From positions 1-42,384 of the forward strand of contig JANNXQ010000058.1 of assembly GCA_031409655.1 (NCBI GenBank): a stretch of 42,384 nucleotides of DNA, given 5' to 3'. Below the pieces are notes generated by a model, which worked only from the letters and a program-made list of their open reading frames with translations, was not told where the DNA came from and did no database searches. Made by a program: the position numbers and the translations under genes. Below are positions 1-11,400 of the stretch, one piece after another. Numbering within the stretch: position 1 is the stretch's first letter; every line of letters starts with the position of its first letter. This DNA comes from Chthoniobacteraceae bacterium. Its GTDB lineage: Bacteria; Verrucomicrobiota; Verrucomicrobiia; Chthoniobacterales; Chthoniobacteraceae.

Positions 1-13
1 TGAATTCAAACCC

Positions 14-919
14 ATGAGCTGGCTGCGCATCGTTCACGAAACCACCTACCGCTACACCGCGCCGGTGCGCTTCGGGCCGCACCGGCTGGTGCTGCGTCCG
101 CGGGAAGGGCACGACTTGCGCGTCGAGGAAATGAATCTGGAGCTCGAGCCGGAATACGATCTGGAGTGGAGCCGCGATGTCTTCGGCAACTCGGTCGCGA
201 CCGTGTTCTTCTTTGCGCCGTCGGAGACGTTGCGGATCAGGAACACCCTGCTCCTGCATCAGACGCGCGCCTTTCCCCGGCGCACCGATCGCCCGGTGGC
301 GCGCCCCCGCTATCCGCTGCAATTCTCGCCGATGGAGGAGGCGGTTGCCCGCGCGTATCGCGCCTCCACGTTCCCCGATGACGTGGCGCGCGTCGGCGAG
401 TGGCTGCGCGGGGAGATTGATCCCGGCACTTTCGACGAAGCGGAGAAACTGGCGGCGGCGGTGAACCGGAAAGTGCGCAAGGCGATCGGCTATCGGCGGC
501 GCGAGGAGAAGGGCGTGCAATCGCCCGGCGAGACGCTGGCGACCGGGAGCGGCTCGTGCCGCGATCTCGCGACGCTGGTCCTGGAATGCTGGCGGGCGCT
601 GGGTTTCCCGGCGCGTTTTGCGAGCGGGTATCTCGATTGCGCGGCGTCGGAAGCGGGCCGTGCCTCGACCCATGCGTGGGCCGAGGCGTATCTCCCGGAG
701 ATCGGCTGGGTCGGCTTCGATCCGACGCTCGGCGCGCTCACTTCGAGCCAGCACGTTGTCACGGGCGTGAGCAATCATCCGCGCGGGGTGATGCCGATCG
801 CTGGCACCTTTTACGGCGAGAGCGAACTCTACCAAGGCATGAGTGTGACGGTGCAAACCGAACGGATCGACGAACGCGAGCCGAGTGTTCGGCCTCCGCT
901 ACGCGGAGTGTTTATCTAA
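14..919 (+). CDS. Transglutaminase-like family protein (N-terminal Bact_transglu_N-like domain plus core)
   Basis: N-terminal 'IVHETTYRY..HRLVLRPREGHDL..DVFGN'; Cys-His-Asp triad in GSCRD, THAWAE, FDPT. Confidence 0.9.
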   Translation: MSWLRIVHETTYRYTAPVRFGPHRLVLRPREGHDLRVEEMNLELEPEYDLEWSRDVFGNSVATVFFFAPSETLRIRNTLLLHQTRAFPRRTDRPVARPRYPLQFSPMEEAVARAYRASTFPDDVARVGEWLRGEIDPGTFDEAEKLAAAVNRKVRKAIGYRRREEKGVQSPGETLATGSGSCRDLATLVLECWRALGFPARFASGYLDCAASEAGRASTHAWAEAYLPEIGWVGFDPTLGALTSSQHVVTGVSNHPRGVMPIAGTFYGESELYQGMSVTVQTERIDEREPSVRPPLRGVFI

Positions 920-2247
920 AACTGCGCCGTTGCCGAGCCCGCCGCGTCCGGCTGGCGCAGCTTCTTAGCGCGAGCGCGCCGGAGCATCAGCACATCGACC
1001 GACACGCCGTGGGCGACGATCGAGAGCGCGACGATGGTGATGGTCAGCGAAGTCAGCAGCGCGGCTTCCGCTCCGCGGAGTCCGTGCGTGAGCGCAAAGG
1101 CGAGGTAGTAGATCGAGCCGATGCCACGGATGCCGAACCACGCAATGAGCGTGGCCTCCTGGCGGGGCATCCACCCGAAGGTGAAGGGCAGCACCGCGAG
1201 CGGCCGGATGACCAGGAACAGCAACGGCGCAAGCCAGAGCGCCGCGGCGGTGAAGTGTGCGCTGAGCAAGGCCCCGACCAGCACGACCAGCGTCAATTCC
1301 GCGATGCGGTCGAGCTGTTCATTGAAGCTCAGGACCGCGCCTGCCAGATATGCCGGCGCGGCGCGACGGTCGGTGGCAGCCCGGCGCTCGGTCGCTTCCG
1401 CCGCCGCTTTCACTTCCTCCACCGGCAAGGGACCGCTGTGCTGTCTTTCCGTCGCGCGCATCGCCACGCCCGCGGCGAAGACGGCGAGGAAGCCCCAGCC
1501 ATGCACGAGTTCCGCGAGGCCATAGGAAAGCGCGATCATGCCGAGGGCGAGGAAGTCGTCGAGCCCGACGGCCTGCCGATGCTCGGTGCGCAGCCGCAGC
1601 ACGAGACGCGTGACCATCTTCCCGCACAGAAACCCTACTCCGAGACCGGCCCCCGTCTTCCACAAGCCCTCGAAAAGCAGCCAGTGGCCGAGGCCCGAGA
1701 ACTCCTGCGCGCCGAGCAACCCGAGGCCCAGCATCACGAAGGGAAACGCCGTGCCATCGTTCATGCCCGCTTCGCCAGTGAGGGCAAAGCGCAGCCGGTC
1801 GCGATCGTGCGGCTCGCGGACTTGCACGCCCGAGGCGAGCACTGGATCAGTCGGCGCAAGGATGGCCCCGAGCAGGATCGCCGCGCCGAGGCTGAGGTGC
1901 AGCAGCGCGACGCCGACGAAGGCGATCAAGCCGACGGTGATCGCCATCGACGCGGTGGCGAGCACCAGCGGGAGCCGCCAGCTCGCATCTGTCAAAGGCG
2001 CACGCAATTTCAGGCCCGAAGTGAAGAGTGAGACGAGCACTGCGATTTCTGCCGCGCGCTGGATCAAGCCTGCATCTTTGGCAAGATCGAGCCGCAGCCA
2101 ATCGAGCACCGCCGGCCCGAGCAGGACGCCCACGCCGAGATAGAGCATCGCCGGCGTGAGCGGCAGGCGCTGCAGCGCGGAATGGCCGAGCAGCATGGCA
2201 AGCAGCAGCGCGCCGATGAGCAGATACCAGAGAGCCGGAGTGTTCAT
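916..2247 (-). CDS. NhaP-type (CPA1) cation:proton antiporter
   Basis: Many hydrophobic segments; motifs LAPTDPVLA, GEAGMNDG, WFGIRGIGS. Confidence 0.9.
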   Translation of the reverse strand: MNTPALWYLLIGALLLAMLLGHSALQRLPLTPAMLYLGVGVLLGPAVLDWLRLDLAKDAGLIQRAAEIAVLVSLFTSGLKLRAPLTDASWRLPLVLATASMAITVGLIAFVGVALLHLSLGAAILLGAILAPTDPVLASGVQVREPHDRDRLRFALTGEAGMNDGTAFPFVMLGLGLLGAQEFSGLGHWLLFEGLWKTGAGLGVGFLCGKMVTRLVLRLRTEHRQAVGLDDFLALGMIALSYGLAELVHGWGFLAVFAAGVAMRATERQHSGPLPVEEVKAAAEATERRAATDRRAAPAYLAGAVLSFNEQLDRIAELTLVVLVGALLSAHFTAAALWLAPLLFLVIRPLAVLPFTFGWMPRQEATLIAWFGIRGIGSIYYLAFALTHGLRGAEAALLTSLTITIVALSIVAHGVSVDVLMLRRARAKKLRQPDAAGSATAQF

Positions 2248-2280
2248 GGATGGGAGCGGCGCGCTGCCGATCCTCTCGCG

Positions 2281-3066
2281 TTAGGCGGCCAGTTCGACCA
2301 CGACTTTCAGGCTGTCGATGGTGAGTGCGCCGAATTGCGTGACGAAGGCCACATCCGTCGCATCGCGTCCGTAGGCGATGACGATGCGATTCCCCGCGGT
2401 GTGCGTGTGGGTGGCGTCGAAGGTGAACCAACGCCCGCCGACATACGCCTCAAACCACGCATGAATGTCGGGCACTTTGAGATTCAGCGTGTAGCCCACG
2501 ACCATCCGCGCCGGGATATTCAGCGCGCGGCAGAGCGCGATGCCCAGATGCGCAAAGTCACGGCATACGCCCACGCGATCCCGCGCCGTATCGCTGGCCG
2601 TGGTCGCGGGCGTGCTCGTGCCGTAGCGATATTCGATGTGCGAGTTGATCCAGCGCCGGATCGCTTCCACTTGCGGAAAACCCGGTGCAGCACCCGCGAC
2701 CGCCTCGGCGGCAAGCGAGGCCAATTCATCCGACGGACAATACCGACTCGGCAGCATGAAATGCAGGGCGCTATCCGGCACCAGCGCGGGCGGGACGAAG
2801 CCCGCGCTTTCATCGACATCCACGGTCTCGGAGGTCTCCACGGTGCAATTCGCGGTGAGCTGGGTCGTCCCGGTCGGCAGCACCGTGCGCTGGCAAAGAT
2901 TGGCGAAAGGGTCGGTGTATTCGACGACCTGCACGCGCGGCGTGATCGCGTATTCCTCACGGCTCACCCACTGCGCCGGGCCGCTCCGTGGACGCAGCAT
3001 CAGGATCACGGGCACCGGAGCCTGGGCAGTGAGTTCGATCTGGCAGGATGCTTGGAGCACGCTCAT
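2281..3066 (-). CDS. Transglutaminase-like family protein
   Basis: GVCRDFAH, HAWFEAY, FDAT triad; start placed at ATG 3066 (MSVLQASC) rather than the longer ORF start. Confidence 0.88.
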   Translation of the reverse strand: MSVLQASCQIELTAQAPVPVILMLRPRSGPAQWVSREEYAITPRVQVVEYTDPFANLCQRTVLPTGTTQLTANCTVETSETVDVDESAGFVPPALVPDSALHFMLPSRYCPSDELASLAAEAVAGAAPGFPQVEAIRRWINSHIEYRYGTSTPATTASDTARDRVGVCRDFAHLGIALCRALNIPARMVVGYTLNLKVPDIHAWFEAYVGGRWFTFDATHTHTAGNRIVIAYGRDATDVAFVTQFGALTIDSLKVVVELAA

Positions 3067-3191
3067 TTGCGGCACCAATCGCAAGTGCGTACCGCCTTGG
3101 ATGGGAGAAACGCGAGCGATGCACCATCTCTTTCCCATCCTCCACATTTCTCCCATCCACCCTGAGCCTCGGATGCGATCCAGTAAGCCCT

Positions 3192-3377
3192 ATGACTAAA
3201 CTCGAACTCAAAGGCTCCTGGAACGAAATCAAAGGCAAACTGAAACAGAAATACGCCGACCTCACCGACGACGATCTCACCTTCGCCGAAGGCAAGGACG
3301 ACGAACTCCTCGGCCGCCTGCAAAAGAAAATGGGCCGGACCAAGGAAGAAATCCGCGACGAGATCGCGGCCCTCTGA
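3192..3377 (+). CDS. csbD: CsbD/YjbJ-family general stress protein
   Basis: MTKLELKGSWNEIKGKLKQKYADLTDDDL..EGK.DELLGRLQKKMG.TKEE matches the CsbD/YjbJ signature. Confidence 0.92.
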   Translation: MTKLELKGSWNEIKGKLKQKYADLTDDDLTFAEGKDDELLGRLQKKMGRTKEEIRDEIAAL

Positions 3378-3510
3378 TTCCCAGTTCCAGACACGCTGCA
3401 CATTGGGCGGCGCGGACTCCAGCGAGGGTCCGCGCCGTTCGCGTTTATCGGCACGTCCCGATTGCTGCTCGCATCTTGCCGCGCATGGTGGCGGGATGTT
3501 GTCCCCACCG

Positions 3511-4896
3511 ATGAGCAGCACCCCGCACAAGATCGTCGTCATCGACGACGAGCGCACCATCCAGGCCACCCTCACTGCGGTGCTTGGCCGGAACGGCTTT
3601 GTCGTCGAGTGCGCGCCGACCGCCGCGCAAGGCCAGCGCAAGATCATCGAGGTAAAGCCGCACCTCGTGCTGCTCGACCTCGGCCTGCCCGATGCGGATG
3701 GACTCGAGGTGCTCAAGGCCATCAAGGCGGACCATCCCACGCTGCCCGTGATGATCCTCACCGCGCACGACTCGCTGGCCAATGCCATCGAGTCGATCAA
3801 GCTCGGCGCGTTTCATTTTCTGCCAAAGCCGTATGCGGTCGAGGAACTGGTCGCGCTGTGCCGCCGCGCGCTGGAGCAGCAGGCGCTCATCGAGCAGACC
3901 GTGACGCTCACGCGGGAAAAGGAGCAATTGCAGGTGAAGCTGCGCGCCGCCGAGGAGCAGCTCGCGCCGGTGGCGATCAGCCGCCGGATGCGCGAGGTCG
4001 AGCAACTCCTCGCCCGCGTCGCCCCGACCGAAGCGAACGTCCTGCTCACCGGCGAAAGCGGCGTGGGCAAGGAAGTCTTCGCGCGCAACGTGCATGGCCG
4101 CAGCGCGCGCGCCGGCGCGACGATGGTGAAGCTGAACTGCTCCGCCTTTCCCGCAAACATGATCGAGGCCGAGTTATTCGGTTACGCGAAGGGCGCCTTC
4201 ACCGGTGCCGTCACCGCCTTCCCTGGCATGCTCGCCGAGGCCAATGGCGGCACCCTCTTCCTCGACGAGATCACCGAGATGCCCGTTGAGTTGCAGACGC
4301 GCTTCCTCCGCGTCTTGCAGGAGCGCGAATATCGTCCGCTCGGCACCACCAAGAATCGTCCGGTCGATTTCCGGCTCATCGCAGCGTGCAATCGTCAGCC
4401 CGCGCTCGCGGTGCAGGATGGCCGGCTGCGCCAGGATTTATACTTCCGCTTAAAGACCTTCGAGGTTGAAATCCCGCCCCTGCGCGAGCGCCGCGAAGAC
4501 TTGCCGAAGCTGATCGACACTTTCCTCCGCCAATTCGCGCAACAACTCAGCCGCCCCGTCCCCACGCTCGAAGCCGAAGTGCTCGAACTCCTCCGCGCTT
4601 ACCCGTGGCCTGGCAACGTGCGCGAGTTACAAAACGCCATCGAGCACGCCCTGATCCTCTGCGACGGCCCGACATTACTCGCGCGCCATCTCCCGCGCGA
4701 AATCCAAACCCCCGACCTCGCTCGTTCGACGAGTCTGCGCGCCACCGCCCCCGCATCGTTCGCCGACGCGGAACGCGAGACGCTGCTCGAAGCTCTCCGC
4801 CGCGCCCGCGGCAACAAAGCCGAAGCCGCCCGCCAACTCGGCATCCACCGCGCGACGATCTACGCAAAGATCAAGCAGTTTGGGCTGTCGGTGTGA
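3511..4896 (+). CDS. Sigma-54-dependent response regulator (REC-AAA+-Fis HTH, NtrC/AtoC family)
   Basis: REC (VIDDE, LLDLGLPD, KP); Walker A GESGVGKE; intact GAFTGA; FLDEI; WPGNVREL; C-terminal GNKAEAARQLGIHRATIY. Confidence 0.95.
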   Translation: MSSTPHKIVVIDDERTIQATLTAVLGRNGFVVECAPTAAQGQRKIIEVKPHLVLLDLGLPDADGLEVLKAIKADHPTLPVMILTAHDSLANAIESIKLGAFHFLPKPYAVEELVALCRRALEQQALIEQTVTLTREKEQLQVKLRAAEEQLAPVAISRRMREVEQLLARVAPTEANVLLTGESGVGKEVFARNVHGRSARAGATMVKLNCSAFPANMIEAELFGYAKGAFTGAVTAFPGMLAEANGGTLFLDEITEMPVELQTRFLRVLQEREYRPLGTTKNRPVDFRLIAACNRQPALAVQDGRLRQDLYFRLKTFEVEIPPLRERREDLPKLIDTFLRQFAQQLSRPVPTLEAEVLELLRAYPWPGNVRELQNAIEHALILCDGPTLLARHLPREIQTPDLARSTSLRATAPASFADAERETLLEALRRARGNKAEAARQLGIHRATIYAKIKQFGLSV

Positions 4897-4929
4897 GGCA
4901 GACCCGCTCACGAATCGAGCGACGCAAAC

Positions 4930-7032
4930 TCAGCCAGGCCGGCGCAACGAAGGCTCGCGATCCCAGATGCGGCCATGCTTCGCGGCTTTGATGAAGGCTC
5001 CGACGGTCTTCCGATCTTTGAGCGGCACGATGCCCGCATCAGGCTTCACGTTCGCCCGATCGAGCAGCACTTGTGCGGCGGCGGTGTGGCCGATCACTTT
5101 CAAATGCGCGAAGGCGTTGGCCGTCCAGTCGATCGCTCCAGCCTGGGTCGCGAGATCCTTCGCGCCGGCTTCGCTGGCGAGGATCACCACGGCGTCGTAG
5201 AAGACGGAGGCGGATGCGCTGAGCGCGCCATCGGCTTCGACGTGAGTGCGGTCGCTGCCCGTCACGCCTCCCACTTTCGGAGCAATGAGGAAGAGAGATG
5301 CCTTCTCGGATTTCGCGCTGCCGCGCAGGGCGTCGAGGAGCGCGGCGTCGAAGCCGTCGGTGAGCAGCACGCCGATCTTCCGGCCCTGCAACGTTACCGG
5401 AGCTTTGCCAAGGATGCTCAGCGCGGGCGAAGGCGGCAGGTCGCGCGGCGGCACCGCCGGGGTGATTTTGTCCGACTGGCCTTTCATCCCGAGCGCATCC
5501 TCGACTTGCGCGTGCAGGCTGGCATCGACGTGCGCGAGATGGCCGAGCATCCGGGTGCGGATGGCTTTGGTCTCAACCTTGCCGAGTTCAAAGGCGAACG
5601 CGCTGACGATGTGCATTTGCTCAGGCTTGGTCATCGAGCGGAAGAAGAGCCGCGCCTGCGAGTAATGATCCGCAAAGGTTTCCGAGCGCTTGCGGATTTT
5701 CGTGCCCGCGAGTTCCTCGGGAAAGCTGGTGAAGCCGCTCGTGGGATTCTCGCGCGGCGTGCCGCCATCGAAGGAGTTCGGCTCGTAGTTCACCCTGCCT
5801 TTCGGCACGTCCATCTGCCGCAGGCCATCGCGTTGGTTGTTGTGAAAGGGACAGCGCGGAGCATTGACCGGGATCTGGTGAAAGTTGGGACCGCCGAGCC
5901 GCGAGAGCTGGGTGTCTTGATAGGAGAAGAGCCGGCCTTGCAGCAGCGGATCGTTACTGAAGTCGATGCCGGGCGGGACATTCGTCGGGAGAAAGGCGAC
6001 CTGCTCCGTCTCGGCAAAAAAGTTATCCACGTTCCGATTGAGCACCATCTTCCCGACCATGCGCAGCGGGATGCTTTCCTCGGGGATGAGCTTCGTCGGA
6101 TCGAGCACATCAAAGTCGAGTTTCGCCGCCTGCGCTTCGTCGAAGACCTGCAAGCCGAGTTCCCACTCCGGGAAGTCGCCTTTCTCGATCGCCTCCCAAA
6201 GATCGCGCCGATGAAAGTCGGGATCGGCACCATTGATCTTCACCGCTTCGTCCCAGAGCACCGATTGCGCACCGAGCTTCGGCCGCCAATGGAACTTCAC
6301 AAACCGCGACTCGCCCGCCGCATTGATGAGCCGGAAAGTATGCACGCCGAAGCCTTCGATCATCCGCAAGGAACGCGGCAGGCCGCGGTCGGACATCGCC
6401 CAGAGAAGCATGTGGACGGTCTCGGGGCTGAGCGAGGCGAAGTCCCAGAAGTTATCGTGGGCGGAAGCGGCCTGCGGAAAGCCGCGGTCCGGTTCCATCT
6501 TCACCGCGTGGACGAGATCGGGAAACTTCATCGCGTCCTGAATGAAGAAGACCGGGATGTTATTCCCCACCAGATCGTAGTTTCCCTCGGTGGTGTAAAA
6601 CTTCACCGCAAAGCCCCGCACATCGCGCGGCAGGTCTCCCGACCCCGCGCCGCCCGCGACCGTGGAGAAGCGCGCAAAGACTTCCGTCTTCACCTTGGGA
6701 TCGCAAAGGAAAGCCGCCTTGGTAATGTCGCTTAACGATTCATAGGCTTGAAAGTAACCGTGCGCGCCCGAGCCGCGCGCATGGACGATCCGCTCCGGGA
6801 TGCGTTCGTGATCGAAGTGCGTGATCTTTTCCCGCAGCACGAAATCCTCGATCAGCGTCGGCCCGCGCACACCGGCGCGCAGTGAGTTCTGGTTATCGGA
6901 GATCGGAATGCCGTGATTGGTCGTGAGCGAATCATGCAGCTTCTCGACAGTCTGATGGGTTTCCGCGGGTTGGGCCGCTCGGGACTTGCCAGCGCCTTGG
7001 TTCGGTTTCGAAGCGTTAGATTTGGAGGACAT
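4930..7032 (-). CDS. katE: Catalase HPII (large-subunit catalase with C-terminal DJ-1-like domain)
   Basis: [43 protein letters not shown] heme-ligand motif; 700 aa. Confidence 0.97.
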   Translation of the reverse strand: MSSKSNASKPNQGAGKSRAAQPAETHQTVEKLHDSLTTNHGIPISDNQNSLRAGVRGPTLIEDFVLREKITHFDHERIPERIVHARGSGAHGYFQAYESLSDITKAAFLCDPKVKTEVFARFSTVAGGAGSGDLPRDVRGFAVKFYTTEGNYDLVGNNIPVFFIQDAMKFPDLVHAVKMEPDRGFPQAASAHDNFWDFASLSPETVHMLLWAMSDRGLPRSLRMIEGFGVHTFRLINAAGESRFVKFHWRPKLGAQSVLWDEAVKINGADPDFHRRDLWEAIEKGDFPEWELGLQVFDEAQAAKLDFDVLDPTKLIPEESIPLRMVGKMVLNRNVDNFFAETEQVAFLPTNVPPGIDFSNDPLLQGRLFSYQDTQLSRLGGPNFHQIPVNAPRCPFHNNQRDGLRQMDVPKGRVNYEPNSFDGGTPRENPTSGFTSFPEELAGTKIRKRSETFADHYSQARLFFRSMTKPEQMHIVSAFAFELGKVETKAIRTRMLGHLAHVDASLHAQVEDALGMKGQSDKITPAVPPRDLPPSPALSILGKAPVTLQGRKIGVLLTDGFDAALLDALRGSAKSEKASLFLIAPKVGGVTGSDRTHVEADGALSASASVFYDAVVILASEAGAKDLATQAGAIDWTANAFAHLKVIGHTAAAQVLLDRANVKPDAGIVPLKDRKTVGAFIKAAKHGRIWDREPSLRRPG

Positions 7033-7272
7033 AAAGTGGGCAGGTCGTGACGTTCAGCGAACCGGGGGCTGCTGAGGATCGCGGCGGGCAGCGCCCTCGG
7101 TTGTATGGTTCTGCTTTGGCGCCGGTTTCCTCCTCACCGCGCTCCGCGTCTGCCTCCATACGCTGGCGGACTCTTCACCGGATTCAGTGCCGCGCACGCT
7201 CCCCTCCGACATTCATACGGCGGCCAGGATCATTACCGGCGATTACTCTCCAACCATCTTCATCCTGCACTC

Positions 7273-8430
7273 ATGCCGCACCGACGACAGCTTTTCCTCT
7301 CCAGCCTGCTCGCCGTGAGCATGGCGCTCCCTTCCTGCCGCGAACCGGCCCCGAAGACCCAAACTCCCACGCCGGTCGTCACCGTGGCCAAGCCATTCGT
7401 GAAGCGGCTCACGGAGTGGGATGAATTCCCGGGACGACTCAGTGCGGTGGCCTCCGTGGAAGTGCGGGCGCGGGTCAGTGGGTATTTGCAGAGCACCCAC
7501 TTTGGCGAGGGCAAGGAGGTGCAGGAGGGCGCACTACTCTTCATCGTCGATCCGCGGCGGTATGATGCCGAGTTGGCGCGGGCGAAGGCCGAGCTCGAGA
7601 AGGCGCGGGCGGCCTTGGAACTGGCCACGGCAGAGGCCGGGCGGGCGACGAAGCTCGTGGAGACCCGCGCGATCTCGATGGAGGAGGCGGATGTGAAGGC
7701 GAAGACGCGGGACGGCGCGGTGGCGGCGCTCGCGGCCGCGCAGGCGTCCGTGGATCAGGCGAAGCTGGAAGTGGAGTGGACGCGCGTTACGGCCCCGATC
7801 TCCGGGCGCGTCGGGCGCAAGCTCGTCACGGAGGGCAACCTCATCACTGGTGGACCGAACGGCGCGACGGTGCTGACGACGATCGTGAAGCTCGATCCGA
7901 TTTACGGATACTTCGATGTCGATGAACGCTCGGCGCTGAAGTATCGCGACCTCGCCCGCAGCGGCCAGCGCGAGAGCGCACTCTTCAAAGAAATCCCCGC
8001 GCAGATGGGGCTCGCGAACGAGGAGGGCTTTCCGCACCTCGGCAAGATCGACTTCGTGGACAATGAGATCAGCGCGACCACGGGCTCGATCAAGGCGCGC
8101 GGGGTTTTTCCGAATGTGGATCGGCTGATGTCGCCGGGGTTCTTTGCGCGCGTGCGCATCCCAGGGTCCGGCGAATATGAGGCGATGCTCGTGCGCGACA
8201 GTGCCATCGGGAGCGACCAGGGGCGCACCTTCGTCTATGTGGTGAGCGCGGATGGCAAAGCGGTGCAAACGCCGGTCGTGACCGGGCCGCTCGAAGACGG
8301 GCTGCGCATCGTGCGCGAAGGGCTCACGCCGGAGGATCGCGTGGTCATCAATGGGCTGATGTCGATCCGCCCCGGCGTGCCGGTGCAGGCCGAGGATACG
8401 GAAATGAAGGTGGCGGCGGCGAAGCCATGA
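7273..8430 (+). CDS. RND efflux periplasmic adaptor subunit (MexE/OqxA-like lipoprotein)
   Basis: Signal ending ..LPSC; 'EVRARVSGYL', 'APISGRVG', 'IDFVDN'; stop overlaps the permease start. Confidence 0.92.
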   Translation: MPHRRQLFLSSLLAVSMALPSCREPAPKTQTPTPVVTVAKPFVKRLTEWDEFPGRLSAVASVEVRARVSGYLQSTHFGEGKEVQEGALLFIVDPRRYDAELARAKAELEKARAALELATAEAGRATKLVETRAISMEEADVKAKTRDGAVAALAAAQASVDQAKLEVEWTRVTAPISGRVGRKLVTEGNLITGGPNGATVLTTIVKLDPIYGYFDVDERSALKYRDLARSGQRESALFKEIPAQMGLANEEGFPHLGKIDFVDNEISATTGSIKARGVFPNVDRLMSPGFFARVRIPGSGEYEAMLVRDSAIGSDQGRTFVYVVSADGKAVQTPVVTGPLEDGLRIVREGLTPEDRVVINGLMSIRPGVPVQAEDTEMKVAAAKP

Positions 8431-11400
8431 ATCTCCCGCGCTTCTTCGTCGATCGTCCGGTCTTCGCGGCGGTGCTGAGCATCGTCATCACGCTGCTCGG
8501 CGCGCTCGCCTATTTCCAACTGCCCATCTCGCAGTATCCCGACGTGATCCCGCCGACGGTGATCGTAAGCGCGTCGTATCCGGGGGCGAATGCGCAGACC
8601 GTCTCCGACACCCTGGCCGCGCCGCTCGAGCAGGAGATCAACGGCGTGGAAAACATGCTCTACATGTCGTCGTCGGGCACGAGCGATGGGCGGCTCCAAC
8701 TCGTCGTCACTTTCAAACTCGGCACGAATCTCGACGACGCCCAGGTGCAGGTGCAGAACCGGGTGAATGCGGCGCTGCCGCGGCTGCCCGAGGAGGTCCG
8801 CCGGCTCGGCGTCACCGCCAAGAAGCAATCGCCCGACCTCACTCTGGCCGTGCAGTTCTTTTCGCCGGACGGCACGCGCGACACTTTTTACCTCGCCAAT
8901 TACGTCACCCTGCAAATCCAGAATCGCATCGCGCGCCTCCCCGGCGTGGCCGAGGCCGGCACGATCGGTGGACTGGATTTTTCCATGCGCGTCTGGCTCG
9001 ATCCGAACAAGCTCGCCGCGCGCGGACTCACGGCCGGCGATGTGGTGCGCGCGATCCGCGAGCAGAATGTGCAGGTCGCCGCGGGCGCGCTCGGCCAGGA
9101 GCCCGCTCCGGCCGACACCGACTTCCAATACACGCTCACGGCGCAGGGCCGGTTGCTGCGGTCGGAGCAATTCGGCGACATCGTCCTGCGCACTGGCGCG
9201 CAAGGCGACGTCATCCGCGTGCGCGACGTGGCGCGGGTGGAACTCGGCGCGCGCGACTACGCGGTGAAGAGCTACATGGACGGCAAGAACGCGATCTCGC
9301 TGCGCATCTTCCAGCTTCCCGGCACCAACGCGCTCGACACCGCCGACGCCGTGTATGCCGAGATGCGCCGGCTCAAGGAGCGCTTCCCGCCCGGGGTCGA
9401 TTACCGGATCAACTACGACCCGACGCGCTTCGTGCGGCAGTCCTTTGAATCGGTGCTGCACACGCTACTCGAGGCCATCGCGCTCGTGGTGCTCGTGGTC
9501 ATCCTTTTCCTGCAAACGTGGCGGGCGTCGATCATCCCGCTCATCGCCGTGCCGGTCTCGCTCATCGGCACGTTCGCGGTGATGAAGCTGCTCGGCTCAT
9601 CGCTGAACAATCTCTCGCTCTTCGGCCTCGTGCTCGCGATCGGCATCGTCGTGGATGACGCCATCGTGGTGGTGGAAAATGTCGAGCGTTACCTGGCTCA
9701 AGGCTTGAAGCGGCGCGACGCGGTGCTGAAGGCGATGGGTGAAGTCTCGGGCGCGCTGGTGGCCATTGCGCTGGTGCTCTGCGCGGTGTTTGTGCCGGTG
9801 GCGTTTCTGGGAGGGATCACCGGTGCGTTCTATCGGCAGTTTGCGCTCACCATCGCGACGGCGACGGTCATCTCGGCTTTCAATGCGCTCACGCTTTCGC
9901 CGGCTCTCGCGGCGCTGCTGCTGCGGCCGCATGGGAAGGACACGATGGACCCGAAAGACCGGGAAGCGCTGCCGCTCCGGCTCGTCCACGGCTTCTTCGC
10001 GAAGTTCAACGGGGCGTTCGAGCGTTTCTCAGAGCTCTACGCGAAAGTCGTGCGCGGACTCGTGCGGCACACCGTGCTCGCGGTGCTCGCGGTGCTCGGC
10101 TACGTCGCCCTGCTCGCACTCACGGTCTTCACCTTTGTCCGCGTGCCGGCCGGCTTCATCCCGCCGCAGGACATGGGCTACTTCCTCGTGGTCGTACAGC
10201 TCCCGGATGGCGCTTCCTTTTCGCGCACCGATGAAGTCGTGCGTCGCGTCGATGAAATCGCGCGCGCCGAAAAAGGCGTCGCCCACACCTTCGCGATCAG
10301 CGGCTACTCCTCGGTGCTCCAGGCGAATCAATCGAACGTCGGCGCCGCCTTCATCATCCCGGAGGACTTTGCGCAGCGGAAAGACAAGTCGCTGACCGCG
10401 CAGGCGCTGATGAACACGCTGCGGCAGAAATTTTCCGCGATCAAGGAGGCGCGCATCCTCGTGCTGCCACCGCCGCCCTTGCGTGGACTCGGCAATTCCG
10501 GCGGCTTCAAAATCCAGGTGCAGGATCTCGACGGCGCGGGCCTCGCCGCGCTCGACACAGCCACCCGCCAGTTCATGGACGCGCTGGCGCAGGAGCCCGG
10601 CTTCACCTCGCTGCTCACCGGCTTCCGCCCAAACACGCCGCAATACTTCGTCGATATCGACCGCGCCGCCGCGAAGAACCTCGGCGTCTCGCTCGCCGAG
10701 ATCAACGAGACGCTGCAGGTCTCGCTCGGCTCCGTGTACGTCAACGACTTCAACCTTTTCGGCCGCACCTATCAGGTCTTCGCCATGGCCGAGCCGGAGT
10801 TCCGCAATGCGCCCGAAGATGTCTCGCGACTCCAGACGCGCAACGCCGAGGGCGGGATGGTTCCGCTCGGTTCGCTGGTGCAAGTGCAGCGCATCGGCGG
10901 CGCGGATCGTGTTCAGCGTTACAATATGTTCACCAGCGCTGACGTGACTGGCAACACCCTCCCTGGCATCAGCTCCGGCCAGATGATCGCCACCGTTGAG
11001 CGCCTCGGTCGCGAACACTTGCCGAGCGGGTTTGCCTATGAGTGGACCGATCTCGCCTACCAGCAAATCCTCGCCGGCAACACCCTCGTCTATGTCTTCC
11101 CGCTTTGCGTGCTCTTCGTCTTCCTCGTGCTCGCTGCGCAATACGAGAGCTGGGGCCTGCCGCTGGCCGTCATCCTGATCGTGCCAATGTGCCTGCTCAG
11201 CGCGCTCGCCGGCGTCTGGGCCGCCGGGCAGGACAATAACATCTTCACCCAGATCGGCCTCGTGGTGCTCGTCGGCCTCGCGAGTAAGAACGCGATCCTC
11301 ATCGTGGAATTTGCCAAGCAACTCCACGACGCCGGCAAGTCCGCGACCGAAGCCGCGATCGAAGCCGCGCGCCTGCGTCTGCGCCCGATCCTCATGACCT

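Noticed and set aside
3449..3466. GGCACG..TTGCT upstream of the NtrC-type gene as a sigma54 promoter
   Set aside because: GG-to-GC spacing is 12 nt rather than the required 10
4975..6735. Long antisense or alternate-frame ORFs (e.g. 556-2031, 4975-6735, 14195-16162, 34235-36487, 37522-40125)
   Set aside because: Shadow ORFs of well-supported genes in high-GC DNA; no motifs of their own
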